DNA of 64,000 nt from the human T2T-CHM13v2.0 reference genome, Homo sapiens. How positions within the stretch are numbered: the stretch's first letter is position 1; the number at the start of each line of letters is the position of its first letter. A program made the position numbers and the translations under genes. The stretch is from NCBI RefSeq assembly GCF_009914755.1, contig NC_060928.1; one strand, written 5' to 3'. Positions 58,520 to 64,000 of the stretch are shown piece by piece. The notes below the pieces were generated by a model. It was not told the DNA's origin. It ran no database searches and saw only the letters and a list, made by a program, of their open reading frames with translations.

Positions 58520-59140
58520 GCACATAAAAACAGTGGTTGGAAAGAACCAGGCTTGGTGTCAGGAGAATGGAGTCAGTCCCCTCTCCCCATCATGAGCTAG
58601 GTGACCATGGGTGAGTAAATTAACCTCTCTGAGCCTTGTAATCCTGAAATATCTATAAAACTGGGAAAATAAGGCCTGTTATGCCACTCTCGACGAATTT
58701 AAAAGCTAAAAATGCATGAAAATATAAGCTAGTGTTATTATTTTGAACTGCTGCTATGCTGAGAAAATTCCTAAAAATTCTGGGAGCATCGACAATGATT
58801 TTTAGCCCATGCCAAGCAATCTGAAACTTAGGCTGGAAAAATATTTTGAAATTATAAAAGACTGTGCCAATTACATTTATGATAAATTTAAGGCATCTCA
58901 GTGGGGAAAACTGTCATTTATTGAGTGTTTATTATGGGTCTGACCCTGTGCTCAGGGCTTTACATACATTACTCGAATTTTAATCCAGTGAAGTTGGGTG
59001 ATATTCCAGCCCCATTCTTCTCAAGGGAGAAGTCAGGCTCAGAGAGGCTGGATTGCACATCCATGATCTTCTTGGTGGGAGACAGAAGAGCTAGGATCTA
59101 ACCCAGGAAGTCAGGATCCAGAAACTGCTCACTTCACTGA
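58520..59140. mobile_element. Two MIRs (+ ~58520-58740; - ~58910-59140)
   Basis: 'gagctaggtgaccatgggtgagtaaattaacctctctgagcct'; 'catttattgagtgtttattatgggtctgaccctgtgctcagggctttacatacatt...aggctcagagagg'. Confidence 0.75.
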
Positions 59141-59339
59141 CACTAGGCTCTTACATGAAAGACGAAGATAAACAATAGCAACAGAAGACAATGGCTGCAG
59201 AAGCCTTATGCAAACCCTCACGACCAGTGTTGATCACATAAATAAAAAAATCACTTGAGGCAGTGAATCATAAAAACGATACACATAAACTTTAACTGTT
59301 TTATTTAAAATATATAAATATCCACTCGTTTCATAGAAC

Positions 59340-61150
59340 CATTATTTGAAAGTTAAGAAAAAGAACATGGTTTTTGAAGTGTACTTTTGAAGCATGTACA
59401 TTTGTTATGCTGTAATATAGTTGGCTGCTGATTCAATAAAACAAAACTCTACCCAGGGCAGCTTTGGCTTCTAAATGTGAAGATTTGGGCTCTGGACTTG
59501 GTATATCACACTTCCTTTCCCCTCTTTTCTTTATTTTTTGATTTATGTATTTCTATCATGGCCTTAATGAATCTTCCCTGGCCCTTAGTATATATTGCAT
59601 AAATAGGAATCATTAGTTCATTGTCATATATTATCTTTTTTTAAATCACTGGAAACTCCAATTTTGTCTGGGTTCAGTTACCAAACTGATTTAACTCTTA
59701 ATCAATCTCTTGTAGTCCAAAATGTTTCTAATGTTGTCAACTTCAGGCAATATTTTTTTTTTCTCTAAGACTTAGTAAATGTCAAACTGGGAATTTCACT
59801 CCCCACTAAACGCTACATGAAAAGAAAATAACCTTTTAATGTTAATTATTTTTAATGTATGGTGCCTATATATTCTTATCTTCTATTTTTTCCTAAAATG
59901 AAACTCCAAAATTATTTTTAAAACATTTTATAGCTCATTGATCCATAACTTGGAACAAGGACGTTGCATTCTGTTATAAAAACCTGGCATTTATTTAAAT
60001 CACTTTCTTTACATTATTCATAACCAAAACATGGAGCATTATTTTAGACCAAAGGCCTTCAAAGTTTTTGCCAGAAATACAAGACAAATTTTACATGACA
60101 GCTAGGAATTTTATATCATGTATACGTACATACATACATGCTCACACACATACACACAAAAATGTATAATAAAACAATTTTCATAAAATACCTTTACAGC
60201 ATATAATGCACACTGACATTTTCTATTCTGTTTTATTCAATTTCATTTCATTTTTGAAAATCCTTTATCCCAACTCAGTAGATTTATTTCATGACCCACC
60301 AAAGAATCAAAATCTACAATTTGAAAAACATTGATAAAGAAAGCACAGGCTTTTCAGACGGCTATTTTCTTCAAGTGCTTCTTCACAACATGTATACATT
60401 CATGGGAAAGAAATCAACTTATAGAATAACTCAGTGTCTGTCCATGCTGATTTTTACGAAGAATACTTATCTTGTAAAAACAAAAAATTCATATCTCTTA
60501 AATCTTGAAGACATTTTTGTTGGCCAATAATAAAAGTCAAAATTTGAAATTCCGCTTGTATTGCTACAGGCAGCTGCTGCACATCTTTGCCTGGATTTTG
60601 TGTAAACTGGTAGCACTTGCTTTACCTTTGCACCATGCTTTTCTAGAAAATATCTTGTAATTTAGAACTGCTTTCATTCTATTGGAGAGTTATTCCCTAA
60701 TCAATTTTTTCCTTTTGATAAGTGACTTTAACTCCTCTGTAAATTTTTAAGCAGCAGATTGATTTGAGGGCAGAGGCAACTTCTGCCCTCCAAGACCCAA
60801 TACCTGGACACCCTGGCTTTTCCTATATTCAAGCCATCCATCGGTTGCTACAGAGCTGTCAGTGCTTCCCATCTTTTGATGCAGGGCCAAGGCCTTTTTT
60901 GTAACTATCCAACTACTGATTGGCATTCTGTGTATTCTTTCTTGCATAAGCCACATCAATAATATATCAGTCCTAGTCATTAGTTTCAGTTTCTTTAAAG
61001 TAGAGCAAGAATTTAAAGACACTTGGAAAGCCATGAAATTATAGAAACTTTCTAGATGACTATATGTTCCCCCAAAACTTTTACAATTAACTCACCGTAG
61101 TTCTTCTCTTTTTTTAGCAACATTCCTTTAAATCCAAATTATTCAATGTA
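59340..61150 (-). pseudogene. Degenerate pogo/Tigger (CENP-B/JERKY-like) DDE transposase with many stops and frameshifts
   Basis: Hand translation, in order: ORF 60747-61034 LLMWLMQERIHRMPISSWIVTKKALALHQK..ATDGWL (CENP-B HTH); AACSNTSG 60551-60574; KSAWTDTELFYK 60418-60454; NNAP ~60031-60043; INARFL*QNATSLFQVMDQ ~59938-59994; EIPSLTFTKS*R..ILPE ~59742-59800; PKSSHLEAKAAL 59454-59489. Confidence 0.85.
60050..60333. mobile_element. hAT-Charlie-like MITE inserted in the transposase
   Basis: Breaks transposase colinearity; CA-rich core, 'tgacattttctattctgttttatt', end 'atttcatgacccacc...aatttgaaaaacattg'. Confidence 0.65.
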
Positions 61151-61151
61151 G

Positions 61152-61257
61152 TTTTTTTCTCAACTTTTATTTTAAGTTCCAGGGTACATGTGCAGGATGT
61201 GCAGGTGTGTTACATAGATGATCTGCACAGCAAACCACCATGGCACATGTTTGCCTC
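61152..61257 (-). mobile_element. Very short L1PA 3' end with 5' inversion
   Basis: Antisense 'aacttttattttaagttccagggtacatgtgcaggatgtgcaggtgtgttacatag' followed by sense 'atgatctgcacagcaaaccaccatggcacatgtttgcct'. Confidence 0.8.
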
Positions 61258-61461
<204 letters not shown>

Positions 61462-61519
61462 TTAAGAGAGCTTCCACTGTCCCATAGCAGAGGTCAAAGT
61501 CCAGCGGGAAGCTGTCAGG

Positions 61520-62150
61520 AAAGTATCACGGTCTGGGGCCTCCTGAAAGTAGACCCCAAGGCAAGAATTACAGTGCTGTCACTTCAATTATTACGTACAA
61601 GCCCGGGGTGCTGAGGGCTAAGGGGAAAGGTGAAATGAGGTAAGGAAAGAGACTGAGCAACACAGTTCAATGCAACAGCTACCACATCACAATTAGCAAC
61701 AAAGAGATACGGCTGGCAATTCAAGAGACATGTTTACTCACCACACAAGATCTCTCTGGGATGTTTGGAAACAGGAACTGCACAATCTCACCACAACCCA
61801 AAAGGGGCAAAAAGAGTTGGAATTTATGGACCTAGCTTCCCCTTCCATCTCCTGATTCCTGTTGTGAAAAGATCACCCTACAGCGAGTTGATTGCCCCAC
61901 ACTTCAGATTACACCTTCCAGTCTCTTGGCATCCAATCAAGGACTCAGATACCATATCCCATGGTGGGACTTTTAAGTTCTAATCTTAAAAGTCTGGAAG
62001 CAGAGGGGCTTGCTTGTAGGGCATGGAGACAATGCAGTTCAGAGCTCTAACTGTGAGTGCCAGCCAGCTCAGGGAGTTCATAAGGATGCCAGAAAATGAG
62101 GTGACAGCATTCTCCAGAAGGTGTGCAGAAGCATTAGAATAAGAGTGGTT
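61520..62150 (-). mobile_element. Possible old ERVL-type LTR
   Basis: 'ggggcctcctgaaagtagaccccaaggcaagaattacagtgc' resembles the antisense end of LTR16/33/67-type LTRs. Confidence 0.35.
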
Positions 62151-62265
62151 GAGATAATCTGAGAAGGTGAACAAGGTTTGTGTTCAACATAGCTTAAAAC
62201 CGAAAACACTGGGAAAGTAAGGACATTCCAGGAAGAATAATGATGCATTTCAACACTCAGTAGGT

Positions 62266-62945
62266 AATATCTGCACCCCCAGTTGCAGCATTGTGCACAT
62301 CAGCCAACATAGGGAAACTGCCCAAATGCCCACTGGCAAATGAATGGATAAAGAAAATGTAATATATACATGCAATGGAATATTAATCAGCCTTTAAAAT
62401 AAAGAAGGAAATTCTACCATTTCTGACAACATGAATGAACCTGGAGGAAGTTATGCAAAGTGAAATAAGCCAGACACAGAAGGACAAATACTGCATGATT
62501 CCACTTATATGTAGTATCTAAAATTGTCAGGCTCATAGAAGCAGGAAATAGAATGGTAGTTGCCAGGGGCTGGAAAGAAGGGGAAATGGCGAATTGTTGC
62601 TCAGTGGGTATAAAGTTTCAGTTATCCAAGATGAATAAGTCCTAGAGATCTGCTGTACAATATAATTTAGCCTATAGTTCATCGTACGGTATTTTGCACT
62701 TTAAAGGATGTTAAGAGGATAGAGCTCATGTTAAATGTTCTTATCACAAAAAAATGAAATAACAGTAACAACAAAATTTATAAAAGAACACAAGGAAATG
62801 TTTGTAGGTAATGGATATGTTTAGTACCTTGATGATGGCAATGGTATCACAGGTGTATGAATATGTCCAAATCCATCAAAATGTATACATTAACTATGTA
62901 AAATTTTTGTATATCAATTGTACCTCAATAAAGCTTTAATAAAAT
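62266..62945 (+). mobile_element. L1MA9/MA10/MB1-like 3' end
   Basis: 'tgaaataagccagacacagaaggacaaatactgcatg', 'gatgaataagtcctagagatctgctgtacaa', 'tacctcaataaagct'. Confidence 0.9.
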
Positions 62946-63799
62946 ACTCGATGAAAGGAAATAGTGTGGTTTTTTCTGCAGTGTAAAGAGTAACTTGTGG
63001 ACGGTGTGCGGAGGCATTCTAGAGTAGGATGGGAGCAAGCTCATCTCATTTCACTATGGCAGCCCTGTTACACTACTGACTTACAAAAAACTTAGAGTCA
63101 ACTAAAACCCCCTACATTGTCTTTTTCACACATTCAGACCAGATTAGCACTCAGGTGTCCTGATTCCTGATTCTCAGCCACCACACTGCATGCCCACTAG
63201 AAAATATCCTTCTCATGAGAGCGGGGTCTTAGGGAAAATATGGAGTACAGACAAGGCTTGAAGAAAGTAAAACTGCTTATTTCTTTCAAATAATGCAGTC
63301 TACATATTTCACAGAACTAATATTGACAGAATTCACAGAGTTTAGGGAAAAGCAAGAGCCAGCGCACACGTGATTTCTTCCAGCCATTTCAAAGCTCACA
63401 ATTTCTCTGCCATTGGTAACCTACCATGGAGAATTCATTTCATGCCTGTCTACTCTGGTAAAACCTTGGAATGAATTGAATTGTTACAAAAAGGTGAAAA
63501 TTAAGAATGCCAAGAGTCATTTGCTGCAGCTAATTAAGAGTCGTCATCTCTGCAGTTTTGCACGTGTTCCTGACTTGCTTTACTCGTACTTTCTGAAGTT
63601 TTATCTGATAAAAGAATTGTGAGAAACCCCTTCGTCTGTTGCCAGAGAGAAGGTCTTATCTCTTTACGCTGAGGCATTGGAGAAAAATATTCACTTTCAA
63701 GCGATCTTTCTACTATTGGAATTATTTTGATCAAACTAAAAACCTCTGAGCCAAAATGTAGTTCAATTATGTGCTGGGTGTAGGAGATGGGGAAATGAA

Positions 63800-64000
63800 A
63801 GAAATGAAACTGTCCCCTCCAATGACTTGTACTGCATTTAGATGAAAATCCGAGCCCCTTTACCTGGGTTGGCAATGCCGTAACCCTCTGACCTCACCTT
63901 CATTTATGTTCCCATCACTGCCAGCACCACCACAGCAACCTCTTCTCTTCCTCAAACACATCATGCTTGTTCCCATCTCAGGCCTCTGGACTTGCTGCCC
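63800..64000 (+). mobile_element. L2
   Basis: 'ccctccaatgacttgtactgcatttagatgaaaatcc...ttcctcaaacacatcatgcttgttcccatctcaggcctctggacttgctg'. Confidence 0.75.

Larger units (their letters stand above)
59195..61155 (-). mobile_element. Near-full-length Tigger (Tigger15-like) DNA transposon relic; 5' end missing
   Basis: Colinear transposase motifs on the minus strand (see pseudogene entry); degenerate terminal 'ctgcagaagccttat' at 59195 resembles the recalled Tigger15a TIR cagtagaagccctctta. Confidence 0.82.

Noticed and set aside
59280-59700. AT-rich region with minus-strand AATAAA suggesting a gene 3' UTR
   Set aside because: Better explained as the C-terminus and 3' end of the Tigger relic.
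60747-61034. 95-aa ORF as a functional domesticated transposase gene
   Set aside because: Flanking codons carry many stops, frameshifts and a MITE insertion, and the ORF itself is degenerate at conserved positions.
63020-63080. Possible resumption of the Tigger 5' end ('gggagcaagc')
   Set aside because: Similarity is too short to distinguish from chance.

Overview
AT-rich, CpG-poor primate (human-like) genomic DNA, intronic or intergenic. I see no convincing protein-coding exon, RNA gene or CpG island, and nearly all ORFs in the track lie within Alu, L1, THE1 or other repeats. The window is dominated by interspersed repeats: 13 Alus, L1 pieces of many ages, a two-LTR THE1 provirus, several solo THE1/MST/MLT LTRs, MIR, L2, L3, and hAT and Tigger MITEs. 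The most notable item is a degenerate, nearly full-length pogo/Tigger DDE transposase on the minus strand (~59195-61155). Its ends resemble Tigger15a as I recall it, but it keeps the catalytic and C-terminal region that the short consensus lacks, so it is a candidate relic of the autonomous parent. Other oddities are an internally deleted L1 retaining both ends, a ~100-bp twin-primed L1 fused to a half-Alu, a 36-bp A-B-A'-B'-A template-switch scar, and several local tandem duplications. Family names come from my recollection of consensus sequences, not from a database search, and boundaries of old repeats are approximate.
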